Source: Phoronis australis (Eukaryota; Animalia; Phoronida). Taken from it: a DNA stretch of 64,000 bases. The stretch covers positions 649,161-713,160 of the forward strand of contig NMRA01000083.1 in assembly GCA_002633005.1 (NCBI GenBank), given 5' to 3'. Under the pieces are notes generated by a model. That model worked only from the letters and a program-made list of their open reading frames with translations. It was not told the DNA's origin and searched no databases. The translations under genes and the position numbers were made by a program. This document shows, piece by piece, positions 41,013 through 54,857 of the stretch; within the stretch, counting starts at the first letter, position 1, and each line of letters starts with the position of its first letter.

Positions 41013-41593
41013 GGGACTGTTTCATGCAACCGGACACAAAATCCTCCTAATGTCCCGTGGCACTGTCTAGTGTAAGGTGTGTCGGCATGAGTCTGGCGCC
41101 TTACGTAGTCGCATTCGATGAAACATCGGTCGCGCGAAAATGACGTGCAACAGTTGTCGCATCGTGTGCGGCTATCGATCGACAATATTGATACGTACTT
41201 TCTTCACCAACAGAGCTCCGACGTGTGTTACGTCGAAGCGAGAAGCTCGCGAAAACTCAAGATCACGCGAAGCATCACCAAGCGAGGCACGAGATCACCT
41301 TAGCTTCCATCGCGAGATTCGTGAGTCTACGGAACTCAACCTTGGTGTCATGACTAAAGCGGTGAAAAATCCAAATTTCGTGTTTAGGATATCCTTCTTG
41401 TCGACGAAATTTACTTGACTCGGACAAGGTAAGATTTCAGTCCTAACTAGCTGTTATTTAGCTGAGTAAAACTTTGACACGTACGTGAAAAGTAATATAT
41501 TCAAAACTTAATGTGGATAAACAATTCCCCAATCGACTTTCGGGCAAAACTATTTTAAATGTTATGATTGCAAAAAGAGTATCACAAAAATTT

Positions 41594-41732
41594 CGTTAGA
41601 GGTGAGATTCGAACCGCCGTCCAGAGTTGTGAACCAGAGCAACCATAATCCAAAAACTGCTTTGGTTATCCTTGACAGAGTCTTCGAGAAACAGGTTCAA
41701 GATGGCGCCTTCGACCGCTCGGCTAATCTGAT
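41594..41732 (-). pseudogene. Degenerate tRNA-Leu-like element with a long insert at the anticodon loop
   Basis: ATCAGATTAGCCGAGCGGTCGAAGGCGCCA...TCTGG...GGTTCGAATCTCACCTCTAAC. A and B boxes are intact and a T5 run follows downstream. The acceptor stem has 3 mismatches. Confidence 0.55.
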
Positions 41733-42628
41733 AGGTTGAAATCAAAAACTTTAATTGAAATTTCACGAGAAGCGACTAATCTCACCGTACATCTCATTAT
41801 TTTATGCGTGTTCTCATAAGTCAAAAATGCATTTTTTATTACAATCAATATTATATCTATCACTGAAAACTAGAACTGCAACATGTGTCTACTATTTTTG
41901 CGTTGAGGTAATTGTTTATTTTTTGACGGGGAGTGAAGAATTGGGATAAAATTTATCGGCAAATTTGTTTTTTTTTTTGTGTGTGGGGGTAATACCACAC
42001 CCCAGTCACGACCAAAAAACTCTGTTGGAGTACCGTTTTTAGGGTTACAGGGACATTTTCCCTTTGTTTTTGTTCCCCTAACGATATTCTAGATCCGCCG
42101 GTGAAATTACCAACTCTTTTGACAGTGGGTAACATATAAGGCCACCCTCAGCATGATTAAAAGAGACCTATTTTGGGGAATATGAAAAATCGCACCTTTT
42201 TAGATTGTCTTTCCTAAAACATGATCCGTTTGTGTGTTTTAAGTGACATTATCGGCGATAAATATATTTTTTATATCTGCTCCAGCGATGAATGTAAGCT
42301 GGAACTCTCGTGTAGTAGCGACACATTCTGCTAGTTGAGCTAAATCATATTTGTTATACCGTACGTCAGCGCATTTAGGTCCATATCAAAAATAATGCCT
42401 TTTTCGTGGATTTTTTACCCAAGTGATTCGCATATTGGCCCATGGGCCCAAGTTTCGCATATAATCCTAGGTAACATACCCTGCCGCATAGGCCCATGCA
42501 TTAATTCGTATATAGGCGCACCCGTTTTGATTACCGTTGTGCCTCCTAATGACATTCTTTACATTTGTCTCTGTATCTTTGGAATTCCTTGGGTGTTTTC
42601 AAAAAGTTTAGTAAATAGTTTTGTATTA

Positions 42629-42793
42629 CCGTATTGCTGCGCCTTTAAGCCCATGGGCCTATAACCGAAATAATGCTTATTTCCCAGCCCCTTTTAACCC
42701 AAGTAGTTCGCATATTGGCGCATGCGCCTAAGTTTCGCATATAAGCGCAATATACGCACAGACGCTCATGGACCTCATCGAGCGGCAATACGG
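42629..42793. mobile_element. Tc1/mariner-pogo-like MITE (TA target); degenerate tandem copy at ~42359-42540
   Basis: TA-CCGTATTGCTGC ... GCGGCAATACGG-TA. The internal ACCCAAGT..TTCGCATATTGG..AAGTTTCGCATATAA is duplicated. Confidence 0.65.
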
Positions 42794-44374
42794 TATGACA
42801 GAGCTTTTTAAGTGTAAAGTCACACGGGCGAGAACCGGCGAATTGTAATAAAAGTAATAATTTTAAAAAAGTCTATCTCATTCTACAATAATCACAAAAT
42901 GGCGTTGTTCGGCCGTGAAAACGTTAATGTCCTTCTGAACAAAATGCATATTTATTGAAATTGATTTGAATATTACCCTTTGATTTGCAAGAAAACCAAA
43001 AAATATGAAACCTTTGTGTGGAGCTCTGCAGAGAAAATGTACTCATCTGCAATGAACCCTTTTGAAGCAAATTTAACTGGCAAGACGGATGATTTGTTAT
43101 GGATATCTTGGCTTGAAAATCCTTCTCTTCTGTGCGACACGTTCTGCGGATGCCTCGCTTATTTTCACCAGTTTACATCGCAAAATGGTGAGTTTCATCA
43201 ATCAAAAAATCATTAAAACAACATTTCATTACTTAACGACTTTTCAGTTTTCTAATAAATAAAAAATACGTTTTGTGTCATTCAACATTGTCGGTCAATA
43301 TGTGTTGCACCACGACAAATTAAGTTCTATATTTAATACTATATGAAATGTATGTAGAGACAACTGACAATGTTTTGGAAGTTGTAGCTCACGTGTTAGG
43401 TGAAGGAGAGGACAAAAGCAACGCGTGGAGTTTATGTAGATCTACAGTGTAGTATGACAGTGGACTTAAGACGAAGAGCTGTATTGACTTGAGACCAAAC
43501 TTAGCACAGATACGGCGAAGCATTGGGGTGTTGACAGAGTAGTAGAAAACAAGAATTGAAAAGGCAAATGCAAGGAAATCAACAGAATACCAACAGCTAC
43601 CCCCACCCGCGGTCGCAATCATTCGCGTCTAGTCTTGTGCCATTCCCATTTGAGATACCATTAGAAGCCATTTGATGGAACCGTGAAGGACTTTACAAAC
43701 GCTGAGGATCACAAAATTGGCTAATTTGTTCATAACGTTGCAATTTTTCAAGATTTATCACTTTCAGTTTTGTCACTGTGACGTTTGTGACGTGTGCGCC
43801 ATCTTTAGGACTTTACAGTAGCAACACTCGAATCTGTGCGTGCCTCAGGGACAGGACGCGCAAAACATCAGGTATCTAAGTGAGATTGGCATAACTTTTA
43901 GGGTTTATCTGTTGTAGCTAAAAGAAATAGTCTTTCTCATATGTGTAAAGCAAAGGTGTTACATTGTGTATTTTTGTACACGTATGTACAATAATAAATT
44001 TGCCCGAAAGTTGGCTGTGTTGCCTGTGCGACGTGTAACTATACGTACATGTTAAGTCGGTACTCACCGAAGTATTATGTTGTCGATTGTTATTTTCATT
44101 TCTACGGTTAAATAAGTTTTGCATTCTCTGTATTTCTTAAATTGCAAGATTGGTTTGTCAGTTTGGCTTGTCCCTGGTTCCGCTGGCTCCGCTGGTTCCA
44201 TCCTTCCAATTTGACACGTGTATAAAAAGGTGACAGTCACCCTCATCGTTTTTTGTTTTTCATCGTACTTCGTTAATTTAAAACTGATATGAATTATTGA
44301 CAGCTATCGGAACAATATTCCTATGAAATTATTAACCTTCTGAATTGTACCGTGGGAGTGTATATTTTCATATC

Positions 44375-44524
44375 CATGGGCGGCGCAACATAGGGGGCTG
44401 NNNNGGGGGGGGCTACAGCCCCACTCTTTTCAGTGCAATGCCTCACGTGGTCTATAGGCGGTGCACCACAGGGGGGATGAGGGGGCTTTAGCCCCCCACT
44501 TTTTTCAGTGCTGCGCCGCTCATG
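44375..44524. mobile_element. G-rich MITE, 5-bp TSD
   Basis: TIR CATGGGCGGCGCA / TGCGCCGCTCATG. TSD ATATC. Internal ~78-bp duplication. Confidence 0.75.
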
Positions 44525-47435
44525 ATATCTATCACTTCAAGTATCTATTATTTTCAGACATATATTTGTTTTCTGATAATTTTATCATTAATTTAAAAAC
44601 CATTTAGAAATTCTTGACCACTCTTGTTGTAATATTCCAATGAAATCATAATATTTCGAATTGTACCTTGCAAAGTTAAGAGTTTTCGCAGTGACTAATT
44701 TCGTATTAGGTGATTAATAGACGGCGTTCTGATTTATGTTGATGCTTTGAGGGAAAAACAGACGATTTGAATTTTTTTCGTCAGTTACGTATAAGGGTCC
44801 CCACAAAACTCAGCGCTCACGGCCACTAGCGCTTTCTCACAGGTAACGTCTGGCCTATTCTCCAAAATAATTGCTCATCCTGATATTTAATACTTCAATG
44901 ATGAACTAGTAACTCGTAATTATTAAATGTTACATTTATTTTTCAAATGCATATTGGTATGAAGTCTTCAGAAATGTACGACTTAATTTGCTACTTACGA
45001 TTATGTTGTTTTCATCGCAATTTTTCTAATGCGAAACATTGCATATCATGGCGTCGACGAATAATCGGGTGCGCGTTCCATAGACGCAAGACACTTAAAA
45101 GGAAACCTATTGTGATCATGTGGTTCACTTGCAATGCACGGCAATACAGCGTGATGTTGCTTTTCTCGCAAGAAACTTGCTCTAGGGAGCGCAACCCTGG
45201 TTTCAGCCATCACAACACTGTGAACCAAAGGCTACTGAAAATTAACAAAGTTTTTTTTGCTCAAGCAATTCTTTTATTTCTATGCTACCCCCGTTTGGTT
45301 ACAAGAGGAATCTAGATGTATCATGGCCCAAATTTACTTCATATGTGATAAAACATTTGAAAACGACATATTTAGCCCTTGTAATTACAGGTCTAGATAC
45401 TCAAAATCGACAATAACGCTACAGATTAACAGTAACAAACCATATACACTGATCCAAGCTGTAACATTCCTCGTAAATAACATTTCTCGTAAATAACATT
45501 TCTCGTAAATAACATGTCTCTCCCCTGAACTTGCCCTCGACGATAATACTGTAAACTGATCTCAATAATTTCCACCACATTACCCCCTACATTACGCCCC
45601 CCCATATGATTATTTTACATCAAGTGTACGACACACTAACAGTACAGTTCAATAAACATAAAAACAGGTCAACTGTTTCCAAAACACAACTTAAAAGCAA
45701 CAAAATTAACACTGAATATGCCATTCATTTCATATCAATTATTCACTTTTTTCATTCATATTCTACCGAGGCACTACACATGTGCGCAGTTTGAGCACAT
45801 ACGGGTATCCATTGCGTAGGCATATGATGCCCTGTCTTACACATATAGACGCTCTGACCTCAACATCTTTAGGCTTGAATCTGTTCTTGTAACAAAATAC
45901 ATAACAACTTTTCTACAATAATGACAGGTGATAGCCGTTTTCTCAGTTCCAGGTTATAGTACGTCAATGATCCTCAACCACAGCAACAGTATTCACCTAT
46001 GAGCCCCAATACATTGTACAATCAGGTGGTTACGCAAATGCACGCATGTGCCTGTGTACTTTCGTAAACAGGTGCGCGGTACTAAATGCACACGCACACA
46101 TACACGCAGAGAACAGTGTACATCGAAATAAAACATATGACTAAAGTACATGCATTGGAGGTCTCAGCAATTACAAATCAATTTCATAGAAATTAATAAG
46201 GAATCATGTTTCAGGTTTCAAACATCAGGATTTTGGCACAGAGATATGCATATTGTAACTATGTAGAAAAATACAATCGACATTGGCTTCTGAAATAACT
46301 ATACATATACACCACTGGCTCTCTCTGCTTCTTGAATGCTTAGTGAAACTGCTTATAAACAGACATATACACTGCAAACAGAAATATTTTCATTCACAAT
46401 ATAGAGATTTAGAAGAACTACAGTCCTAACTCTGATCTAAGAGGGATATATAACTAAGGCTTAGTCATTCTACTGGAGAAAAATCTAGCCAAAATCACAT
46501 ACTCTCAGTTGAAATATACGTCAATATCTCGCGCAAGCTCGCGAATTCTTGGAATGGGTGAATTAATATGGAATATAAATGACATTGGGCACCAATCAAA
46601 CGAAAAAATTAACGGTGAGACTGGTCCAAAACCAACACTCCATTGGCCGCCAAAACAATGCTCAGATATTGTTTTGACGTCACAACCAAACGAAAATCAC
46701 AACCACGACAAGAAAAGACAGGAATGGCTTCGTATGTGATACAACGAAGTTTTCTTTGGCTATAAAAACTTACGACTCCACCTGGGCTGATAAAAAAATA
46801 AATAGATATTTATATTCTCAACAATCATTTCTACAGAAAAACTTAATAACGATCATTGCATTGCATAATTGTATTGCAATTAATTTATCATTAATTTCGA
46901 CTTTATACAATCCACCACTCTCAAAATAGCTGCCTTGTGTCTCAAATCTAAACATACATGCATAGTATCTTAGAACAGAATCACGTGCCTAACCACGTGA
47001 CCACATAACTTACATTCTGACTTAAAACAACACATTAACTTTAAAATCTGCATTTACAGCAAATTTCAAAAAGTTTCACAGACCTTTGCAGCGAGCAATA
47101 ACCTTAGACTTTCATGCCACCTTCTAAGCATTTATAATATCAGTTTACTTTAAATTTACAATCAGCAAACCCACATACAAGCCCAGCAATAGTGGTTAAG
47201 ACTAGAAGTTACTTCGCACAAAAATAATTAAGATTTTTCTATTTATCAAAAGTCAATAACAATGCTCAAATAATCATTTTTACGTGGTGCTTGTTACATA
47301 ACATTTGTACAGCGTGCATCATACGCATCATGACGAGAATAAATTTCACTTTTTATATCTGTGGAGAAATTTGAAAAAATAAATTCCACTTTTTTGCCAT
47401 TATACGTTCTAATGTACTGAACACATGAAGAATTA

Positions 47436-47595
47436 TCCAGTGCTGTAGTGGTACAATTAGAGGTAAGTAGGCGCTCATAGCCCACCGTAACACCTTGAGC
47501 ACTGAACGTAACTTACGGCGCGTAGGCGCTTCGTTCAAATGCCAAAAGGTGTTTGGCTGTGCCTACGTGCGCCTACGCCCCACTACAGCACTGGA
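47436..47595. mobile_element. Palindromic MITE-like element
   Basis: Perfect 16-bp inverted repeat TCCAGTGCTGTAGTGG / CCACTACAGCACTGGA with further internal self-complementarity. Confidence 0.6.
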
Positions 47596-48091
47596 ATTAG
47601 CTTAGCCATGTGCACACCGTGTAAGAATTAAAATAATCAGAAATTTATCAGCAATACATAATGCCTTTCCAATGTTGCTCATAACTTTGTGCGGTTTGTT
47701 AAAGGTGCAGAAAACTTATCAAAAGTAACTCTTCATTTAGACCACCTACCATTAAAACTGGTCACAATTTGTTTCTTGCTCACATTAAAAGTGACTTAAG
47801 GGACAAGAAGTAAGCTTGTTCTAGGTCCAAGATCTATGCTCTGAACTCAGACTGAACCTCTAGACTCACATCTTAACCAATCAAACTGCATGACTCCTGT
47901 AAAAATCTGCATGTCAATTCCAAGTGTGCCAATTGAGGACGTTTCATGTTGGCGCTCTCTAAAGTAATGAGAGCGAGAAAGCGACTATGGGCCGCGGAAA
48001 GGACAAAAAAATTTTAATAGAAAAATCAAATTAACCTTGTTCGTAATTTTGCTCTTTCCGCGCACTTAGATAGTTCCAGTTTCCACCGACC

Positions 48092-48224
48092 GGTTTGATT
48101 TTCCAAGCAGGTTTGTTTTTCAAGAGTTAGGTTTGATTTTGCAAACACGATTGATTTTTACGAATTAGGTTGGATTTTACGAATTAGGATTGACTTCCCA
48201 AACAGGATTGACTTTTACGAATTA
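48092..48224. repeat. Degenerate 18-20-bp tandem repeat
   Basis: GGTTTGATTTT(ACGAATTA/CCAAGCA) units, about 7 copies. Confidence 0.75.
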
Positions 48225-48499
48225 CACGACAACTGGGAGAAAAGACCACCCAACCACGGCAAGGACCAATTTTTGAGATAGGGGATATGGATTTTTAGTT
48301 GATTTCTGTTGTTATCTTTCAAGATTGGCGCTAACGATGCATCTGCAGGTGACAGAACGAGAAATGGTTGAAATGATAAAACCACGAGTGTTGAGTATCC
48401 ATTAAGTTACTTTTCATAAAATGGTCCACATCTTTGTTACTTAACATCAAGTGGAATAGATTATAAGTTTGCAGCACCTTATTAAACCACTGTAGAACT

Positions 48500-48654
48500 C
48501 AGGGGCGGATATATAGGGGTCCAAGGGGCTATGACCCCCCTAAAATTCTCCCAGATTCCATGTGGCAGTTGGAGGTGCGAATGTCTGACGGGCTAAATCC
48601 TGGCTAATACTCTGCCGTGGCCCCCCCTAACTCAAAATCCTGGATCCGCCCCTG
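48500..48654. mobile_element. G-rich MITE, 5-bp TSD
   Basis: TIR CAGGGGCGGAT / ATCCGCCCCTG. TSD GAACT. Confidence 0.8.
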
Positions 48655-49291
48655 GAACTTACAGTTGGTTCTGGTCTACACGCACAAAAAGTAAAATGTG
48701 AAATATGTACATCCACGAATTACTTGACTGAACAGTTTCGCAATCCTTAGACATTTTTATTTACTCAGCAAGAGAAACGAGGAAACAATGGGAGTCTTTC
48801 AAATTGCAACTTGGCGACTGTTCACGTGGGACCGGATACCAGTAGCCTCTAGAAGACGAGGAGGCACTTTATAACTTTTGTTTAAAACACACTCCGTGTA
48901 ATCACATACACTGTAAAAGGGTCTTTTCACGCGAAGTCAAACTGTTTCCCTATGCCAACCGCTGCGAAGACAAAATAACTTCTGGTTCAGTTAGGTGGGG
49001 ATATGAGTCACTGGTCCCACGTGATCAACCCCCATTGCTTCATGAAAGTCTCAAATTCAGATGCCGGTCTGCCGCATTTTGCTGAAGAGTCAACTCGCTT
49101 TACTTAGGCGAGTATGTTATCTTTTCTCCGCATAGTAGCATGTTTACTTAACACGTGGACGGATGTTTTTGAAACTTTATCAAAAGTTTGGAAACTGGTC
49201 AAGGACAAGGTTGATTAGATACTGGAGATGTGTCTACGTGCTGCAGGCGTTTCACAGGTGCTTAAAATACACAGCAGCAGAAAAACAACGC

Positions 49292-49297
49292 TTTATT
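49292..49297 (-). terminator. Candidate polyadenylation signal of the UNC93A-like gene
   Basis: AATAAA on the minus strand about 180 nt after the stop codon. Common hexamer, unverified. Confidence 0.35.
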
Positions 49298-49475
49298 CAT
49301 CAAAATGAAAAATATAAGAAAATTTTTTAAATCAAAAACAACTTCACCGCGTCACTTTTTGGACAGACCAGAACAAACTCCGTAAGCTTTTTTATAAAGT
49401 CTAGCACATTTTCTAAAGGCACATTAAATCTTCTAAGAGAAAAACCCCCATAGGACTGTATCTATGAATCATACC

Positions 49476-49705
49476 TTACGTTGATATTGTCAAATCCTGG
49501 CTGCTATTATGACGTTTCTCCCTGATCTCAACTAAGCCATAACCAGTTATACCGATAGCGAGTACTGCGATTAGAACGTACAACTTGATGTTTGTACAAA
49601 GAAATTCTCCGTATGCGAAGGCGACGATGAATCCTACAGATTCCCACAGACGATAGTTGGAGAAGGCGGCCTCTTGATTGTTGCAGAAGATACTGCCATA
49701 CAGTG
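49476..49705 (-). CDS. UNC93A: UNC93A-like last coding exon (LYGSIFCNNQEAAFSNYRLWESVGF...STOP)
   Basis: Conserved EAAFSNYRLWES.GF. Acceptor TTCTAG, TAA at 49478-49476. The summed CDS is 1482 nt, or 493 aa plus stop. Confidence 0.94.
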
Positions 49706-50459
49706 CTAGAATGGAGCAGAGTCGAAATAGACAAGATGACAGACACTTCAAAGAGAAATTTCAAGGTAACAGGCAACCTTCTTCATCAAGAATTGAATTT
49801 CTTAAATAACTTTTTAATATTAATAGTAGACCCACAAAATATGTAGTTTTATGGCTCTACAATTAATAATAATATTAGTTATTAAAGAATTTCTTAAATA
49901 ACATTTTAAATATTTAATAGTAGACCCATAAAATATTTAGTTTTGTGGGTCTACAATTACTAATTATATTACTTATTTAAGAGATTAGATCTGGCGTGCG
50001 TTCAGTAGACGCTAGGACCTACGCTAGGACCTAGCTAAAACCTAGTCAAAGTCACGTGTTCTTATTTAAAATGCACAGCAATATCTCACGTACTCTCGCG
50101 AAGTCTTGCTTTTTAGCGAGGTCCTAGCGTTACTGAACGGGAGGCTGGATTGCACCAGTGTGACTACTGACATGATATCCAAAAATAACGGAAATGAACT
50201 ACGACTTTCCCTTGAAAGATACAAGCGGACTAGAAACTTTTTTATAACTGACAGCAGGGGTATGTTTCACGAAAAGTGTAAGACTTCAGACAGAAGTTTG
50301 GTGGTCTTAGGCGCCCGCTTCGTAATTGCTGAATAAAGTTTCAGCCAAGTGACTACGAGAGCATCGCAGTCTAGACATTATCTCAGTAGCAGCCATGAGT
50401 AAATTCTCATTGACTTTCATTCTTGCTTTAGTGTTTTTTTAGTTATTTTTAGAAATAGT

Positions 50460-51102
50460 TGTGAAATTGGCCACTAATAGGCGCTGCCGTAGTTGACTCC
50501 GCCCGTGCCGGCGCATTCTCATCATGCAGTTTGAGTTAAGTTTCTTTGAATTCTATCAATTGCTTATTCAGATATCATCCGGAAACGTTCTTCCCCAAAA
50601 CATCTCTTGAAAAGCCCCTTGGTCAAAACAAAAAAAAACAAAACAAAACAAAACATAACAAAACAAAATGGCAACTAGGAGGCACTAGGAGGGTCGAATT
50701 CGCCGAAAAGTTCAATGTTGCCGGCGCATTGATATCACATGTTAAAATTCATTGAATCCGTGAAGCTTTTCTCTAGATATCACCCGGAAACTTTCTTCTA
50801 CCAAAATACTGAAAAAGTCACGCCCCCCTGATCCCAGGTGGTGGGGCACAAACTGTTCAAGTGATGCCCTACACCGTCTTGCCTAATTTTATCAAAATCC
50901 GACCAGGGCTTTTTGAGATGTCAAGCGAACACCCGGACAAACGGGCAACAATACAACTGGACAACAGCTAGTACAACAGGACAACAATACAACCGGACAA
51001 CAGTACAACCGGATGCCCAGACAAAGTGACGACAATTTGCCACCACACATGTGTATGTGTGTGTGTGCGTGCGTGCGTGCGTGTGTGTGTAGGCGCATAA
51101 AA
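50460..51102 (-). mobile_element. Helentron-type element in a UNC93A intron
   Basis: Ends in GGCGCATAAAA like 4041-4051, preceded by (GT)n/(GCGT)n and ACAACCGGACA microsatellites. Internal duplicated GATATCAYCCGGAAAC and GCCGGCGCATT. Left boundary approximate. Confidence 0.55.
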
Positions 51103-51334
51103 GTACCTGGACGCAGAATAACAGTTGGAGAGTAGTTGAAATACTGTTGAACAGCAGTTGAAATGCAATTGAATAACAATCGAAACACAACAATTAAAAT
51201 CGCAGTAGTTGGTTTGCAAGCCAAAATTTCACTCTTTTTCAGCTGTAGTACAACAGTAATATAACCCCAAAACTGAATTTTCATATATTCTTTTCGAGAG
51301 CATATCCCAACCTTCTTATAATACCCAACCTTAC

Positions 51335-51466
51335 CATTGATTTGTGTCTGCCAGACAGCATCTGACATCCCCCAGAGTCCAGCAAAGACGAAAAATACAG
51401 GCTTCTGGTCCGGCACAGGTTGCCACAGCAACAACGCAACAAGCACGCCAAATTGGAAGATTGAAG
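51335..51466 (-). CDS. UNC93A: UNC93A-like exon (SIFQFGVLVALLLWQP...FAGLWGMSDAVWQTQIN)
   Basis: Conserved GLWG..DAVWQTQ. 132 nt, phase 1-1, GT-AG. Confidence 0.93.
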
Positions 51467-52098
51467 CTGAAAACAGAACGTTCTCCATAAAAACAGTGTT
51501 TTCTTTAAGGAAAATGTCTAACACAACCCTTTCTAAACAACTTTTCGATCTTAAGTATAAGGCATATACTTAGGCCCGAGACAGTGCGCGTTACACCTAT
51601 ATCCAAATTGCAGCGCATGTGAAGCACTCGTGCGACAGAGTACGTGTAATCGTAACGGTAGATGCCATGGACATTCTTATTAATTAGCAACTGATTGAAA
51701 AGTACTCTAAGAATGAATAAAAATTCAAAAAACATCCAAGACATCCACTTTTACAAGACGGTGCCTACATCTATAACTGAAGCGTAGGTGCATAGCATTT
51801 GGGCAAAATTTTTGTGAAAAATGGATTGTTTTTGATACGTGCGCTGTTGTATTGATTGCATGTACATCAGTATGCGGTAATGGTAAGTGTTCACACATTT
51901 AAAAAATTACACATATGATCCTACGTTATCACTGATTGTGATTTTTCTTCACAAAAATGGCAATGTACAACTTGTGCTTTAAATCTGTAATGAAAAACGG
52001 AATTGTTCGTGAGAATGGATTTGTATACCTTTCATGACAGTCGTTCGTCTTCTACGTCACAACCAATTGGTTTATTTTTCAGCACAAGTCATGCTTAC

Positions 52099-52234
52099 CT
52101 CCAATGAAGAACGGTTGTCGGCCAATAAACTGTGCAAGTTTTCCAAATGCGTATGAGCAAACGGCGTCGGCAACACCAAAACAAATCATGACGTAACCGA
52201 TCCACCAAATACCGAGTGCGCAACCGACGTACGA
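52099..52234 (-). CDS. UNC93A: UNC93A-like exon (SYVGCALGIWWIGYVMICFGVADAVCSYAFGKL)
   Basis: Conserved YV.CALG..IGYVMICFG. Acceptor TTTTCCAG, donor GTAAG, 136 nt, phase 0-1. Confidence 0.93.
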
Positions 52235-52727
52235 CTGGAAAAGAGAAAAAATTTCTGCCACTAAATTTCCCCAAAAATGACCGCCCTATATTTTAACGTC
52301 ACCCAACATTGTGAATTCCGACAAATGTCCAATTATTATCAGGAGATAAGTTGGGGCAGAATTTGAGCATGGTAAAGAATTTAGCGATGTTATTAATATT
52401 TAAAGGTGTTGGACACAATCAATCGTTGTTTTGTAAATTTTTAAGACATTGTCTACTACAAATCTACAAAATAATGTGGTAAGTGGTAACCAAATTGGAT
52501 TTTTCGTTACAGTAGTCTAAACATATCCACCTCTGACAAAAATGTGAAATTTACAAGGGTTACTGAAAAACCACCTTTTATTAAATGAATAATTGGAACC
52601 TTTTTGAAGACCGATAAATTTCGTTTCACGGTGTCAGCGTTATGTTTTATATTTCGCAGTTTCTGGCTGGCCAAAAACGGAAAGCAAACTAGGCTTTCTG
52701 ATCTCATCAAATCAGAGAGGTACTCAC

Positions 52728-52985
52728 CCTTGTAAAGTCGCTGGCTATAAAGCCCTGCTCTAGCCCGCTGTAGATTGTCAAAGGAATCAACAAGACCTGA
52801 TTGAGGTGGCGCGCAATGTGACGTAATGTGGCGATAAGAAGGCGGAGCGAGAAGGTATCACCCTTATCTTTCTCTTCACGATTGTCTTCAGAGTCGCTGT
52901 CGAGAACGAGTTTGTCCAGTAAGAGGCTAATGACTAGAAACGCTAAAACTCCCAATCCCACGTAGATACCGCACAGTGTGTATAC
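52728..52985 (-). CDS. UNC93A: UNC93A-like exon (VYTLCGIYVGLG...LLIPLTIYSGLEQGFIASDFTR)
   Basis: LLIPLT.YSGLEQ.F motif. 258 nt, phase 0-0, donor GTGAGTA. Confidence 0.93.
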
Positions 52986-54675
52986 CTGAAGATGATGAAA
53001 TAATAACGGTAATTACAAATCGTTACCATTTTATCATCGATGAAAAATATGTGGATAGATAAATATGTGGATAGATAATAATTGAAGCTGCTTTGTGACC
53101 GACTTCTGCCAAAAATAATTTTACAATAATTAACAAGATTGCTTTATGCACAGAACACAGCCTCAATATTCAGAGCTCTTTCTGAGACCAGAAACCAATT
53201 CAAGTAAACAAGTGGTAAATGCGGAGATCAGTTTTATAATTATAAGCTGCTGCCAAAATCAAAAGTCAACTTTGACAAAATGCAGGTATATGGTAATAGC
53301 AGTTTTCAAAAAATGCTGACGATAATACCTCTTGTCATCTTCAGCGAAATTTCCAGCTAATTTCCAATTATTGAAAATTAATTTTCATCTGGCTACTTTC
53401 TTGATTTTCTCCATAACTTCGACGAAGCCAAGTGAATTTCAAAGGGCTGCCTCAACTGCTTTTTAAAATTACAGTACCATTAGCGTAAACACGTCAAACG
53501 CAGACATTTCTAAGTTTACCCAGAAAGTTTTTATTAAAGGCTTTTGCTGCATGCTTCAGGCAATCCTAAATCTATCGAGAAAGACTTGTTGCATGCTTCA
53601 GTTACAATGACAACCACAATAACGTGCATTCGATCAAAATGAACGTAAGATCTAAATAGATGCAACTTATAATACAAAGAGTGGTCTATATATTAGCAGC
53701 TGTTACTGAATTCTAACACCACATAGCAGCAAGTCATACACAAGGGTACTGAAAATGCGGGACCGCTGCCCATACATGTCATGCGAGGGATAACTGTTTT
53801 CTTTCAAACTGAATTTTTACATTTAAGATTAATTTTCGTGTTCATTGTCAAAAATAAGATATACTTTTATTTATTTTGACCATTGTTATTTGAGGGGGAT
53901 TGGCAGCTGGAAAACCACTGAAGGACAACAACGGCCAGCTATCAAAATACTGGTCGTGTGCATCTAGTAACTGAGCTAATTTAATAACAAATTTTGATGA
54001 GTTTTTATATACAACAAAAGTCCAACTAATATCTGTTCCGAGCCAGGCATAACGATCAAGCAGTAACATTTTAAAGTTATGTTAGACTATAGAAAAGTGT
54101 CAAAAGAAGGCAGAGTTCGGGACATTGATACGTCAGAAATGGTTCATCATATTCATGTGAAACTGCTATGCTTTATTCGCTGTTCTTCAAAACACTAGAA
54201 GTGGGAATTGTTTTCAAAATATTCCACTTTTGCATGCGGGGCTATCAAAAATCTGAATTTTATGATTTTCATTAAAAATAAATCTAATAATATTGATAAT
54301 TCAACGTGGAATTCACTCTCCGTGTGTATCAAAGCAAAATTTGACTTGGTAACAAAAATAACTGCATAAGAAAGGGCAATCGTTTTTTCACAAGTTCACA
54401 AATGCGGTGAAAAATCGAGTCCCCTGTTTGGGACTCCTTCTTGCACACAGGCACAGAGCCCGTTCTGTAACACAAGCCATTGAGATCAGGGGCTTCACTT
54501 GTACTTTACAACGATATATCGCGATGACTTGCGTGATCTCGCCAATCTTGCAAGAAGCTTGTCTTACGGAGTGCAGCTCAATAATGTGCGAGGTGAATTT
54601 TGATTTGCAGTGCCACGCTGTACTCAGGATGGCACTCGAGATGAAATCGCATCACTACACCGACGACCTACCAAC

Positions 54676-54830
54676 CTTGACAGGTATTGGCCGATCCAGG
54701 TTAGTATTGTTGTCATTCACTAGCTTTTGCGGGCAGTAGTTGGCCCCACATTCGTCTAAGATGGTGTCAGACACGTTACCTGGGTCAGTGGCAAATACCT
54801 GACTGGAGATAACATTACCCCAGATCTGAC
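54676..54830 (-). CDS. UNC93A: UNC93A-like exon (QIWGNVISSQVF...CGANYCP...RPIPVK)
   Basis: WGN.ISS and CGANYCP motifs. AG acceptor, AAG|GTTGGT donor, 155 nt, phase 1-0. Confidence 0.9.
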
Positions 54831-54857
54831 CTGCCAAGAAGTACAATAATTACAAGT

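Noticed and set aside
38043-41732. Functional tRNA genes
   Set aside because: The acceptor and anticodon stems do not pair properly, so they are reported only as pseudogene-like elements.
50892-51334. C-terminal part of the 210-aa ORF 50892..51524
   Set aside because: Only 51335-51466 is UNC93A exon. The rest is intron read-through into microsatellite and repeat sequence.
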